Shown here one piece after another: positions 1 to 10,078 of a stretch of 64,000 nt of DNA. The notes beneath the pieces were generated by a model. The model saw only the letters and a list, made by a program, of their open reading frames with translations. It searched no databases and was not told where the DNA came from. The stretch spans positions 1,570 to 65,569 of the forward strand of contig JBHHUN010000002.1 in assembly GCA_046753765.1 (NCBI GenBank), given 5' to 3'. Position numbers and translations under genes: made by a program. The stretch is from Candidatus Dojkabacteria bacterium. GTDB lineage: Bacteria > Patescibacteriota > Dojkabacteria > B142 > OLB20. How positions within the stretch are numbered: the stretch's first letter is position 1; the number at the start of each line of letters is the position of its first letter.

Positions 1-281
1 GGAATAAAGGCAAGTAGCGAGAGACCCTGAAGGTTACGAACGTCGTCTTTTCTAACTTCCTGCAATGCTTCCAGTTGGATTTCGGAAAACTTATCGAGCT
101 TTGGTCTTAGGAATTCCAGACGGGGAGGAAGTTTGCGATCAGTAATTCGAGACTGTCTGTGGATGGAGTCAGCTACAAATAAATTCAGGACTATGATGAA
201 TAGTCCACATATCAAAAGAACAAACAGTGAATACCACAGCGTGAGTCTAAATTTGATTGTTTTTGCAAAAGTTATATTCAT
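1..281 (-). CDS. Sensor histidine kinase, N-terminal part (runs off window start)
   Basis: Manual translation from ATG at 281: MNITFAKTIKFRLTLWYSLFVLLICGLFIIVLNLFV...; the IxxRLTLWY motif plus TM helix is typical of HAMP sensor kinases; lies downstream of an OmpR-family regulator. Confidence 0.7.
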   Translation of the reverse strand, partial: MNITFAKTIKFRLTLWYSLFVLLICGLFIIVLNLFVADSIHRQSRITDRKLPPRLEFLRPKLDKFSEIQLEALQEVRKDDVRNLQGLSLLAFI

Positions 282-301
282 GCGTTCTAATTCAAGCCTT
301 C

Positions 302-326
302 CGGGACCAGCGTAGTGCCGGTCCCG
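302..326 (-). terminator. GC-rich hairpin between secreted-protein gene and kinase
   Basis: CGGGACC...GGTCCCG inverted repeat; weak U-tract. Confidence 0.45.
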
Positions 327-369
327 AAATTATATCAGTGTCGAGCTAGTATGCAATACTGGCTTGGTA

Positions 370-840
370 CTATTCGCTAATCTGATCTCTTATCTGTTGC
401 AGCTGGTCAATTCTGTCACCTAACCGATCTTGCTGCTCCTGCATTCTGTCTATCATGGTATCCAGCTTCTCTGCGTCAAGTTCACCAGAGTCAATCTTTT
501 CCTGTAGATGCTCAGCAAACTGCTCTTGTGCAAACTCACGTAGATCGTCTTTGGTTTTGCCCTGTTCTTCTAGAAGATCTTCGATCGTTTTACCATCTTT
601 TCTTGCCTGCATTAGCTCCTCTTCGGTCATTCCGAAAAATTCACTTAAATGCTCTTTTGCTGCACCGGGGTGTTTTCGACCGAATTTTCTCATACCTGGC
701 CTAAAGTTACCTTCTTCTTGGACCCTATTCCCGAACTCTTTACCAACATCCGATGTTTGAGCACTTACTGTTCCGAGGATCAGAAGCAAAGGTGCTGAGA
801 CTACAAGTAAAATAAGGGAGTACTTTGATAATTTTTTCAT
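370..840 (-). CDS. Secreted helical protein with signal peptide (YckD/DUF2680-like)
   Basis: Likely start MKKLSKYSLILLVV...VSAQ (signal peptide); FGMTEEELMQARKDGKTIEDLLEEQG motif; sits between regulator and kinase. Confidence 0.65.
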   Translation of the reverse strand: MKKLSKYSLILLVVSAPLLLILGTVSAQTSDVGKEFGNRVQEEGNFRPGMRKFGRKHPGAAKEHLSEFFGMTEEELMQARKDGKTIEDLLEEQGKTKDDLREFAQEQFAEHLQEKIDSGELDAEKLDTMIDRMQEQQDRLGDRIDQLQQIRDQISE

Positions 841-965
841 GATGAAATATTTTTTAACTAAATTTACAATAATTGATTTAAATATGTGCACATTGCACTG
901 AGTAGGTTTTCTAGATCATATAGGCAAATTAATAAATTAACTGCCTGCATATTAATCAATCGAAG

Positions 966-982
966 GTGAAGTCAATGTGAAG
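966..982. promoter_or_regulatory. Putative OmpR/PhoB-type binding site
   Basis: GTGAAG direct repeat at 966 and 977 (11-bp period) upstream of the secreted-protein gene. Confidence 0.4.
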
Positions 983-1004
983 AGGGAGAAATTTCGAGCG
1001 TTTG

Positions 1005-1670
1005 CTACAATACTAGTTGATAACCCTTGCCTCTAACGGTTTTTAAAATGTTTCTTTGTGGGTCAATTTTCTTCCTGATCGTCTTGATATGTGTCTTGAC
1101 TGTATCTGAGAACATATCTGCCTCTCTGTCCCAGGCGTGCTCAAGCAACTCCTCTGCCGAGACAATTTTTCCTTTACTACGGAGCAGGTATTCAAGAATT
1201 CCTGTCTCTTTGTTGGTCAAAGCAATACTCTCGCCCTTAGTACCAACAATCAGGTTTTCTGCAGGTTTAAGGGTCATACCCGAGAAGTTAAGGCTTTGAT
1301 CTTTGTTTGTGCTGTTTCTCTTAATGACAGCTTTAATCCTCGCAAGCAACTCATCGAACACGAATGGCTTTGTGATGTAATCGTCAGCACCTTTATCAAA
1401 TCCTTCTAATTTATCGTAGATTTGGCTTCGGGCGGTAAGCATTATTATTGGAGTGTTGTTATTCTCATCTCTGAGCTTGTTTGCCAGGTCAATGCCGTCT
1501 ATTTCGGGAAGATTGAGATCAAGAAGGATTAGATCGTAGCTGTTGATTTGGGCTGCCTTAAGGCCATCGGTGCCGGTTGCCTCAAAATCGACAGCGTATC
1601 CAACTCGCTCAAGTGACTTTTTGAGGGGGAGTGCAATATCTTCTTCATCTTCAATAATTAGTATTCTCAT
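1005..1670 (-). CDS. OmpR/PhoB-family response regulator
   Basis: IIEDE, DLNLP, GADDYITKPF receiver motifs; winged helix ending TVRGKGY. Confidence 0.95.
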   Translation of the reverse strand: MRILIIEDEEDIALPLKKSLERVGYAVDFEATGTDGLKAAQINSYDLILLDLNLPEIDGIDLANKLRDENNNTPIIMLTARSQIYDKLEGFDKGADDYITKPFVFDELLARIKAVIKRNSTNKDQSLNFSGMTLKPAENLIVGTKGESIALTNKETGILEYLLRSKGKIVSAEELLEHAWDREADMFSDTVKTHIKTIRKKIDPQRNILKTVRGKGYQLVL

Positions 1671-1969
1671 AGTTTGCGTTAGCTTTGAATCATATTAAAC
1701 ACAGGTAAGTTAATACGTGACTACATCATACAATATTCAACCAGCTTGTAGATGCTCCCAAAGCTGAATGGTAGACATGCTGTTAAACTCTGCAATTGCT
1801 TGAATTGTGGGTCCAAAGTGTCTAATTAGACAACCAGCTGAGCATGATCTGTTCTTGAGATCTCAAAAAAAGTAGATGATCTACAGCTCCCAGTCCGACT
1901 GTTTCGCCGGCAATGGGGCTTAACGCAGATGATTGAGTTCCAAAGTCACCGGAAGAAACTCCTGCGTTC

Positions 1970-2899
1970 TTGGCTCTTTACGAGCTGACCTTTGGAATAA
2001 GCCTTCGGGATCGAATACTACAGGATGGAGGTGATACTGATATTCGAATCGGTGGAACCTCATATACTACCGCATGTAACTTAAGAACACACAACGGTTC
2101 GGTTCGACAGATCGACGCAATCGTACCGATAGGCGTGACTTCAGAAAGCGATGATGAAAGCTTTGATGCAGCGGTTAATAGAATATTTGATAAACTTACC
2201 CAAGCAACTGAAGGCGTAGTGTTGCGAGCAACGACTTATTCAGACACTCATACCCCTGTGAGTCTTAACCTTGTTAGTGGTGGTCATAGAAGCATGGTGA
2301 TGATAGAAGGTTGCAAAAATAGAGGCATAGTAATGCCTGAGATCCCTCCAAACAATGGACAAGCGCTTATTGTTGTAGATACGTATGAACTTGCGACCCC
2401 GGACTCTACCTATGCAGGTGCAGTTAAAATGCTAGCTGCCAGAGACCCAGATACATTTGTTACGATTGGTCTAGGATCTACTTTCGTCATTCCCTCAGCT
2501 CGCGAGAATCTCCAGGAAATCGCTGATGTTTCTCGCAACCTGTGTATGTCGGGCAATGCAGGAGAGGTAGAGTGTTTGTTAGAGACCTTCGGATTTGATG
2601 AAGTCGAGCAACTAATGCAGGCATTGGGTGTCAGGATTCTACTTAGGACTTATGGGAAAGAGGGCGCACAGATTCTCTATAACTTTGGTGAGGTCATAGT
2701 TGCTTCTACCTACGCGCTGCCCGAGGATGAGAAATATGACGGGAACACAACGAACGCCGGAGATATGTTCCTGGCCGCATGTCTTCATGCACTCTCAACC
2801 ATGGAGTATGAGTCAACTGAGCCAGAGAGCCAATTGACTGAAGTGTTGGCTTTCGCATCGAGGACGACTCAAAAACTCCTCGTTGAAAGGGGAACTTAA
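1970..2899 (+). CDS. Divergent PfkB/ribokinase-family kinase (start uncertain)
   Basis: GG near N-terminus, NAGE, RTYGKEGA and NTTNAGDMF, resembling the DTTGAGDxF signature. Confidence 0.6.
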   Translation: MALYELTFGISLRDRILQDGGDTDIRIGGTSYTTACNLRTHNGSVRQIDAIVPIGVTSESDDESFDAAVNRIFDKLTQATEGVVLRATTYSDTHTPVSLNLVSGGHRSMVMIEGCKNRGIVMPEIPPNNGQALIVVDTYELATPDSTYAGAVKMLAARDPDTFVTIGLGSTFVIPSARENLQEIADVSRNLCMSGNAGEVECLLETFGFDEVEQLMQALGVRILLRTYGKEGAQILYNFGEVIVASTYALPEDEKYDGNTTNAGDMFLAACLHALSTMEYESTEPESQLTEVLAFASRTTQKLLVERGT

Positions 2900-2961
2900 A
2901 CTGCTCAACCTCAACTGGCTAAATTCAAAAATGCTATAGTTAAGAAATTGTTAAGAACATA

Positions 2962-3642
2962 ATGGCACAATCAGACAATAAAGAGCATACTCATAGTCAA
3001 ATGAATATTATAAAAAGAAATCTCACGAAAATACTATTGGTTGTACTTGTCATAAATCTGGCGACCGTACTTCTGGTGACTCAGATCCCAGGTCAACAAA
3101 CTGGCGCTCAGGAAGTACCTGTACCGGATTTATACTGGCTGTACGGAGATTCCAATACTTCAGACAGACATAAGGTCGGGACCTATACATACAGTGAGAG
3201 ACTGAACGTAAACTCTAGAAATATGGGGATTGACGGTGAGACCAGCTCCACACTGAAAACGAGGGTTTCGAAGGAGTTTAAAGGTATTGTAGAGCCAGGA
3301 TTCAACAACATCTGTATGATCTTGATAGGAGTCAATGATTTTCGACATAACACTATCTCTAAGGCTGAAGTACTTGAGAATATAGATGCCACTGTGATGG
3401 AATTTGAGAGTAACAATTGTATAACCTATGTGTTGACTTATCCTGCTATATCTACAGATGAAATGGGACTCCGGATAGGAAAACTAAACGTTGGTATTCT
3501 GAGCCATGAGTCCTGGAATACAATAGATATCGCTTCTGAGTTTGAAGGCGGCCATCCGGAGTACTTCCAAACGCCCTTTCACTTGAATGCTTTTGGACAA
3601 AAGGTTGTCGCAGATAAGATCTCGCTTGAGCTAGGGCTCTGA
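2962..3642 (+). CDS. Membrane-anchored SGNH/GDSL hydrolase
   Basis: N-terminal TM; GDSN, GIDGET, GVND and PFHLNAFG blocks. Confidence 0.85.
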   Translation: MAQSDNKEHTHSQMNIIKRNLTKILLVVLVINLATVLLVTQIPGQQTGAQEVPVPDLYWLYGDSNTSDRHKVGTYTYSERLNVNSRNMGIDGETSSTLKTRVSKEFKGIVEPGFNNICMILIGVNDFRHNTISKAEVLENIDATVMEFESNNCITYVLTYPAISTDEMGLRIGKLNVGILSHESWNTIDIASEFEGGHPEYFQTPFHLNAFGQKVVADKISLELGL

Positions 3643-3648
3643 ATCTAC

Positions 3649-4110
3649 TTATAGATTCAAAACTTGCGTTTGCTTCTCAGGCCAGAGTTCTGTATTGAAG
3701 AATTTTATTCTTTTCGGTGTAATCTTGTACACCTTGGATCTTCCGGCTTCAAGAAACTGCTTAGGGTTAGAGAGTCGTTCTCCCTTTTCGCCTGCTACCA
3801 ATTTGTTCCACATCTCAAACATCCACTTCAATTTAGAGATCGAGTTGATAGACTTCGAAGTGCCGTTCAGTTGTATCCCTTTTTGAGATTTGTGGATTGG
3901 TTGGCTTGAGTCAGCAATAGCTGCCGAGACCAGATCGTTGACTTCAAGCGCTTCACAGTGCTCTCGTGTTGGCTTGCTGAGAAAGTACAGATTAAGGTCT
4001 TTGTCGTGTACGTAGTATAGATTTGCGATCCAGGGGTAATCCCCGTACGTTGCAAAGGCCATGAGGCGCTGTGTACCAAGATAATCGTCAATGAGTTTCT
4101 TGAGATCCAT
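3649..4110 (-). CDS. Pyridoxamine 5'-phosphate oxidase-like protein (YhbP-like)
   Basis: ATYGDYPWIANLYY, LYFLSKPTREH, KGIQLNG pattern. Confidence 0.8.
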   Translation of the reverse strand: MDLKKLIDDYLGTQRLMAFATYGDYPWIANLYYVHDKDLNLYFLSKPTREHCEALEVNDLVSAAIADSSQPIHKSQKGIQLNGTSKSINSISKLKWMFEMWNKLVAGEKGERLSNPKQFLEAGRSKVYKITPKRIKFFNTELWPEKQTQVLNL

Positions 4111-4251
4111 AAGAATACAGTAAAAGATTATGAGTAATTATAGGTGATTGTTATGAAAATCCCCAGTTCCACCTCACATGATGCAGGGAAAATGGAAGTT
4201 ACTGGACCAAGGGGAGATGAGGGATGTTGAGTAGATACATTACTTAGTGAT

Positions 4252-4624
4252 TTAGGCGTATAGGTCAACCTTGTAACCATGTGGATCCTCAACTACAGCG
4301 CATCTTTACCCCCCAAAAACATCCCAGGGAGCCCTTGCAACTTTGAAACCCGCAGATTCTATTTTTCTACTATACTGTTTACTTCGTCTGGACTGTCATA
4401 TTGAAGTGCAAATGGAGAGTGGTTACCAGGTCTTGGCTTGATTTCTATAATCTCTCTTACAACAGCCTTCGTATCAATCATTAGTTTTGCAGAACAATTA
4501 GAGGTATTGGGGGCGACACGGTCTTTTAAGTCACCATTCGCGTAAATTTAAATCCCAGGAGTGTGTAGAACTCTATCGTCTTTTTCATGTTACTGGTTGT
4601 AACTACTACTGCGTCTAATTTCAT
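4252..4624 (-). pseudogene. Degraded VOC/glyoxalase-family gene
   Basis: Fragments across frames: MKLDAVVVTTSNMKKTIEFYTLLGFKF / FALQYDSPDEVNSIVEK / ESAGFKVARAPWD / VVEDPHGYKVDLYA, with several frameshifts and stops. Confidence 0.75.
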
Positions 4625-4633
4625 TGTTGATTC

Positions 4634-4710
4634 TGGAGCGGCAGACGAGATTCGAACTCGCGACCTTTTCCTTGGCAAGGAAACGTTCTAGCCAACTGAA
4701 CTACTGCCGC
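4634..4710 (-). tRNA. tRNA-Gly(GCC)
   Basis: GCGGCAGTAGTTCAGTTGG...TTGCCAA...GTTCGAATC...GCCGCTCCA cloverleaf with encoded CCA. Confidence 0.97.
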
Positions 4711-4833
4711 TTAATACTAAAGAAGTATACTGATTCTACAGTAGCAGATAAAGATTTTCAAACAACCCACTCGTGTGCAGTTCTATTTTGAAAGAGGAAC
4801 ATACTCAAAATCTATCATTATATTTGCATCATA

Positions 4834-5643
4834 TTAACCCGCTGGGAGATCCTTTCTGCGGAAGATGAAAATACCAAGAGAAGAAGTCACGATGATTATG
4901 ATAAAGAAAACTGCAACAGCAGTTTCGTCGTAAACACCTTCCTTCAACATTCTTACCGGATCGCCGTAGTAGTTAAATATCGAGAGGTATTTTAAATCGT
5001 TAATACTTTCTACTAGTTTTGCGAGTATATTGAGGAAATAGCTCCCTATTAAGAACCCAGCTGTAAACCAGGTCGCCTTGGAACGTATCAGTAGTACCGA
5101 ACTGAATAGTCCTGCGACAAAGGCAAGCGATGTTATAAATAACCAGAGGAACAAACTGAATCTTAACCAGGACTCATAGTCTATTGTCGTTTCAATAAAC
5201 TGAGCTGGTATCAAGATTCCGACAACTACAAATACTGTTGCCAGAAGTGATTTTATGATCAGGTTTAGGAATTGTGCTGAGACCAATTCGACTCTCTTAA
5301 CGGGATATGAAAGGTCAAGTGCCGTTATGCCCTTCTCTGCCCTTCCTGCTAGATCTGTTCCCCAGCTGATAACGAATGGTAGAAGCACAAATACCCAGGT
5401 AAATCCAAGATATTCAGTGGAGATAAAAACTGTAAAATCACTAAAATCTGTCGAGTTTATGTTGAATGCCTCCATTAAGGCTGGAGGGAAACTTTCAAGG
5501 TATCCTGAGAAGTCAACGGTCTTTATTGAGGGAAACGCAAAAACCAACATAGTTGCAAGAAGAAAAAGTGCAATGAATGCCCAGAGAAGTGACGTTCTTG
5601 AATCACTAAGTAATCTTCGAGTTATTAAAAGTGTTTTCTTCAC
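4834..5643 (-). CDS. ABC-2-type transporter permease
   Basis: About six TM segments, EKGITALDLSYPVKR, C-terminal FRRKDL. Confidence 0.9.
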   Translation of the reverse strand: MKKTLLITRRLLSDSRTSLLWAFIALFLLATMLVFAFPSIKTVDFSGYLESFPPALMEAFNINSTDFSDFTVFISTEYLGFTWVFVLLPFVISWGTDLAGRAEKGITALDLSYPVKRVELVSAQFLNLIIKSLLATVFVVVGILIPAQFIETTIDYESWLRFSLFLWLFITSLAFVAGLFSSVLLIRSKATWFTAGFLIGSYFLNILAKLVESINDLKYLSIFNYYGDPVRMLKEGVYDETAVAVFFIIIIVTSSLGIFIFRRKDLPAG

Positions 5644-5647
5644 AACG

Positions 5648-6550
5648 TTAATAGTAAGTTAAGAACAGTTTCTCCAGATCTGGTTCTTTTATGCGCAGAT
5701 CTATAAGTTTGTACTTTTTAAGCTCTGCAACTAGTTTATTGATGTCCCCCTTGTATGTAAATGTAGTCGAATGATCAGTCCTGTCGATGTCTGAGATGCC
5801 TTCTAGCTTTATTTTTTTCATATCGCTTGAGTTAGCCAATATCAGATCAATTTCATAAACATTTTTCTTTCGAAGCTCGCTGATCTTCTCGACAGAGATT
5901 AATTTCCCTTCCTTAATAATCCCAACCCTGTCACAGATTCTTTGTACTTCGGAAAGCACGTGCGAAGAGAAAAATATCGTGACACCTTTCTTTTTGAACT
6001 CGAGTACTACTTTATTAAATTCTAGTTGCAGCAAAGGATCTAGACCGATAGTGGGTTCGTCCATGATTAGTAGTCGTGGAGTGTGCATAAGTGCTTGGAT
6101 TATTGCGACCTTTTGCTTGTTACCCTTGGAGAGATTTTTTATCTTTCGAGTTGCATCAAGCTTAAATCTTTCAACCAGCCCGTCTCTGCTTTTCGACTTC
6201 TCCCCCTGGAGATAATCCATGTAGTCGAAATAAGTGCTAACCTTATAGTTTTCGATTAAAGCAGTGTCTCCCGGAACGTAACCTGTGTCAACGGTTATTT
6301 TTGTACGCTCTTTTGTGGGATCTTTGCCAAATATTCTTACCTCTCCGCTATCTGGATTTATGAAGTTTAGCAACATACGGATGGTTGTGGTTTTACCAGC
6401 TCCGTTTGGCCCCAAAAAACCATATATTTCTCCTCTTTCAATCTCCAGATCCAGCTCTGAAACTGCTTTGATTGCCCCTTTATTATATGTCTTGGTTAGC
6501 TTCGAAGTTGTGATGATTGACTTACCGGCCATGCCCCAAGATATTACCAA
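5648..6550 (-). CDS. ABC transporter ATP-binding protein
   Basis: GPNGAGKTT, LSKGNKQK, IMDEPT, SSH. Confidence 0.95.
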   Translation of the reverse strand: MVISWGMAGKSIITTSKLTKTYNKGAIKAVSELDLEIERGEIYGFLGPNGAGKTTTIRMLLNFINPDSGEVRIFGKDPTKERTKITVDTGYVPGDTALIENYKVSTYFDYMDYLQGEKSKSRDGLVERFKLDATRKIKNLSKGNKQKVAIIQALMHTPRLLIMDEPTIGLDPLLQLEFNKVVLEFKKKGVTIFFSSHVLSEVQRICDRVGIIKEGKLISVEKISELRKKNVYEIDLILANSSDMKKIKLEGISDIDRTDHSTTFTYKGDINKLVAELKKYKLIDLRIKEPDLEKLFLTYY

Positions 6551-6645
6551 GTTTATACAGAGATTATACGTACATTTGCTCTCTTTCGCTATACAAAAAC
6601 ACCTAATTACGCTAAGATGAATAGCTATTATTTATTGATGGCGCC

Positions 6646-7884
6646 ATGGCGCAGGATAAGGCGATATTAAGAAAACTGAAGAATCGTGAAATAAAGATTA
6701 GGGATCTTGAAAAGCACGTCAGTGATAAAGAAGCAGCTGACCTTCGCTTGCGATACTTTAGTGAAGTAACCGGATTAGATCTCAAAACTTTCTCAGGCTA
6801 TAAGTTTGAACCCAAGAAACTAAAGAACAAAAATATAGAGAACCTGACGGGATCGATTGAGATTCCCTTGGGGGTCTCTGGGCCTTTGTTAGTGAATGGC
6901 CAGTACGCCCAAGGAAAATTCTATATTCCCATGGCCACTACTGAGGGTACCCTTATTGCCAGTGTAGCAAGGGGATCAAAGATAATTAATATGTCGGGTG
7001 GAGCTACAGTATCTTTAACATATCCTGGAATGACACGAGCTCCACTTCTCCGGGTGAGCGGAATCAGGGCAGCGGAGCAAGTTGAGACTTGGGTAAAACA
7101 CAACTTTGATGCCCTAAAGGTTGAAGCTGCACAGACCAGTGCTTTTCTTGAATTGACAGACATAAGGAGCTACAAACTCGGTCGAAACCTGTGGCTCAGG
7201 ATGTCGTTTGATACATCTGAAGCCATGGGGATGAATATGGCAACAAAAGCAGCAAAAGTAGTCTCAGACCTTATCGTACAACAGAACAAAGGTGCCAGGC
7301 TACTTTCAATTTCGGGGAATCTGTGCAACGACAAGAAGCCAAGCATAATTAACATGCTCCTTGGCAGGGGCAGATCGGTACACGCTGAGGTAACAATGAA
7401 ACGGGAAGATGTGATAAAGGTACTCAAAACCACGCCTGAAGAGATGGTTGAAGTAAATCAGGCAAAGGTATGGCAGGGCGGAGTTATTTCGGGCTCTGCT
7501 TCATTCAATGCACACTTTGCAAATATCATTGCAGCTGTGTTTGCTGCAACCGGCCAGGATCTTGCTCACATAGTAAATTCAAGTCAAGGATACATGGTAA
7601 TGGAGCTGGAAGGTGATGACCTTTATGCTGCCCTCTCGCTACCCTCCCTCTTGGTTGGAAACATTGGTGGTGGTACTGGACTTCCTGATCAGGCTACAGC
7701 TCAGAAACTCATGCTTACCAACATAGACGATCCCAGGAAAGAATCTATTAACAATACGCATAAATTGGCAGAAATACTTGCTGTAGCAGTACTCGCGGGA
7801 GATATTAACTTGCACGCTGCTCTTGGCTCTCGAAATCTAGTCAAAGCCCATCAAAAATTAGGTAGAGGGAGGAAGCAAATATGA
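6646..7884 (+). CDS. hmgA: Class I HMG-CoA reductase (archaeal/eukaryotic type)
   Basis: PMATTEG, AMGMNM, SGNLCNDKK, ATGQD, GGGT, C-terminal His. Confidence 0.95.
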   Translation: MAQDKAILRKLKNREIKIRDLEKHVSDKEAADLRLRYFSEVTGLDLKTFSGYKFEPKKLKNKNIENLTGSIEIPLGVSGPLLVNGQYAQGKFYIPMATTEGTLIASVARGSKIINMSGGATVSLTYPGMTRAPLLRVSGIRAAEQVETWVKHNFDALKVEAAQTSAFLELTDIRSYKLGRNLWLRMSFDTSEAMGMNMATKAAKVVSDLIVQQNKGARLLSISGNLCNDKKPSIINMLLGRGRSVHAEVTMKREDVIKVLKTTPEEMVEVNQAKVWQGGVISGSASFNAHFANIIAAVFAATGQDLAHIVNSSQGYMVMELEGDDLYAALSLPSLLVGNIGGGTGLPDQATAQKLMLTNIDDPRKESINNTHKLAEILAVAVLAGDINLHAALGSRNLVKAHQKLGRGRKQI

Positions 7885-8936
7885 AGATCTCACATAATGT
7901 CGGAGTTACAGGTTACGGCGTGGCTATTCCAAGGGGCAGAATTAAAGTCTCCGACATCGCAGAAGTATGGAAGAAAGATGCTAAAAAGGTTGTGGGCTCA
8001 CTGGGAGTAATTGAGAAAAGCGTGCCGGCAATCGACCAGGATGCAGCGACCCTAGCAGTTGAAGCAGCAAAAGCAGCTGTTCGGTCTTCCTCTCCACAAT
8101 CTATTCACATAGGTGCCGTTTACACCGGATCAGAAAGCCATCCATATGCTGTTAAATCAACTTCTGCAATTGTAGGAGAAGCGCTTGGACTACCTAACAA
8201 CTACACCGCAGCAGATTTAGAGTTTGCGTGCAAGGCAGGCACTGCGGCCGTTCAGATCGTTACAGGAATGGTCTCTTCGGGCATGATTAAGTATGGATTG
8301 GCTATAGGTTCAGATACTGCTCAAAGTAGGCCCGGAGACGCTCTGGAGTATTCAGCCTCGGCCGGGAGCGCGGCGTTTTTAATAGGTGCTAACCCTAAAC
8401 AGATAATTGCGAAGATATTACACACATCTTCGTTCACCTCCGATACTCCCGATTTTTGGAGGCGTGAACACCAGACCTATCCAAGACATGGTGGGCGATT
8501 CACCGGTCGACCCGCATATTTTAAGCACGTTACCGGTTCAGTAAATAAGCTACTCAAAGAGACCAAAGCTAAAATCAAGGATTTTGATCATGTTGTGTTT
8601 CATATGCCAAACGGGCGTTTCCCTAAAACTGTAGCAAAGATGCTTAGAGTAACCGAGAAGCAACTTAAGCTGGGATTCACTGTCCCCTACCTTGGCAACA
8701 CATATTCTGCTTGCTCTTTGATTGGATTAGCTGCTGTTCTCGACAAGGCAAAACCAAAATCTAAGATCCTTCTTGCCTCTTACGGTTCAGGTTCTGGTAG
8801 CGATGCGTTCATTCTAGAGGTGACAGATAACATATCAGGATATAGGCCTGAAAATACCGTAGACAAGCTCATATCACACAAAAGCTACGTGCCATATACG
8901 ACTTACATTACAAATGTCAACAAACTACTACGCTAA
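7881..8936 (+). CDS. hmgB: HMG-CoA synthase (archaeal type)
   Basis: GSESHPYAVK, DLEFACKAGT, DTPDFWRR, GNTYS, SYGSG. Confidence 0.93.
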   Translation: MKISHNVGVTGYGVAIPRGRIKVSDIAEVWKKDAKKVVGSLGVIEKSVPAIDQDAATLAVEAAKAAVRSSSPQSIHIGAVYTGSESHPYAVKSTSAIVGEALGLPNNYTAADLEFACKAGTAAVQIVTGMVSSGMIKYGLAIGSDTAQSRPGDALEYSASAGSAAFLIGANPKQIIAKILHTSSFTSDTPDFWRREHQTYPRHGGRFTGRPAYFKHVTGSVNKLLKETKAKIKDFDHVVFHMPNGRFPKTVAKMLRVTEKQLKLGFTVPYLGNTYSACSLIGLAAVLDKAKPKSKILLASYGSGSGSDAFILEVTDNISGYRPENTVDKLISHKSYVPYTTYITNVNKLLR

Positions 8937-10078
8937 TGAATAAGGTTCACATAATTGGAAGCAGTATGACGCAGTTTGGTGAGTTGTGGGATATGGATAT
9001 AGCCGATCTTGCCTACACAGCCGCCAGTGATGCACTTGCTGACTCTGGGATTGATGTTGCTGAAGTCGATGCGATTATAGTGGCAAATATGGAGGGAGGT
9101 AGTTTTTCAGGCCAGGACCACATTGGAGCACTACTTTCGGGTGATCTAGGACTAAACGTCCCCGCACTGAGAGTCGAGGCAGCGTGTGCCTCTGGATCTA
9201 TCGCAATTAATCAGGCTTTTCTGGGAATTCTTTCTGGTGAGTACACAACAGTACTTGTTGTTGGTGTAGAGAAGATGACAGATGTGAGCGGTGCAGGCAT
9301 CACAAAAGTGCTAGCGAGGGCGTCTGATGAAGACAAAGAGGCATTCTGGGGAGTAACTTTCCCTTCATTGTACGCGATGATGGCAAGAGAGTACATGCGC
9401 AGGTACAGGGTTACACGATCAGATCTGGCAGGAGTCTCTGTTAAAAATCATGTTAATGGACAGCTCAATGAGAAGGCACAGTTTCAAAAGGAGATCTCAG
9501 TTGAAGATGTTTTAAATGCACCTGATGTTGCTGAACCACTGGGGCTTCTGGATTGCTCTCCCGTCAGCGATGGTGCCGCTGCCATCTTACTCTCCTCTCG
9601 AAAAAGCCAGGTGGAGCTTGTGGCCTCGAAAGTAGCAACCGATAAGGTCGCTCTACACGATCGGGAATCTTTCACATCTATTAAAGCGTCTAAAATCGCT
9701 GCGGAATCTGCGTACAACGCTGCCGGAATTTCTTCAGACGACATTGATGTAGCTGAAGTGCACGACTGTTTCAGTATTGCAGAAATAATTGCATACGAAG
9801 ACCTTGGTTTTGCAAATCAAGGAGAAGGGGTAAAACAACTGGCAATGGGAAAATTCAATAGAGATGGAAAGTTGCCGATCAATACATCAGGAGGACTGAA
9901 AGCGTGTGGACATCCTGTTGGTGCCACCGGCGTAAAGCAGGCTCACGAAATTTATCAACAACTTGCGGGAAAAGCTGGAAGACGACAGTTGAAAACAAAA
10001 CTAAACCACGGCTTGACGCACAATGTAGGTGGCAGTGGCGGCACCAGCGTAGTAAATATTTTTAAGACAAACACCTAA
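8936..10078 (+). CDS. Acetoacetyl-CoA thiolase (archaeal type)
   Basis: EAACASG, GVEKM, EVHDCF, GHPVGATG, HNVGG. Confidence 0.93.
   Translation: MNKVHIIGSSMTQFGELWDMDIADLAYTAASDALADSGIDVAEVDAIIVANMEGGSFSGQDHIGALLSGDLGLNVPALRVEAACASGSIAINQAFLGILSGEYTTVLVVGVEKMTDVSGAGITKVLARASDEDKEAFWGVTFPSLYAMMAREYMRRYRVTRSDLAGVSVKNHVNGQLNEKAQFQKEISVEDVLNAPDVAEPLGLLDCSPVSDGAAAILLSSRKSQVELVASKVATDKVALHDRESFTSIKASKIAAESAYNAAGISSDDIDVAEVHDCFSIAEIIAYEDLGFANQGEGVKQLAMGKFNRDGKLPINTSGGLKACGHPVGATGVKQAHEIYQQLAGKAGRRQLKTKLNHGLTHNVGGSGGTSVVNIFKTNT

Noticed and set aside
1970-4634. Integrated island at tRNA-Gly
   Set aside because: No integrase and no duplicated tRNA-Gly 3' end were found
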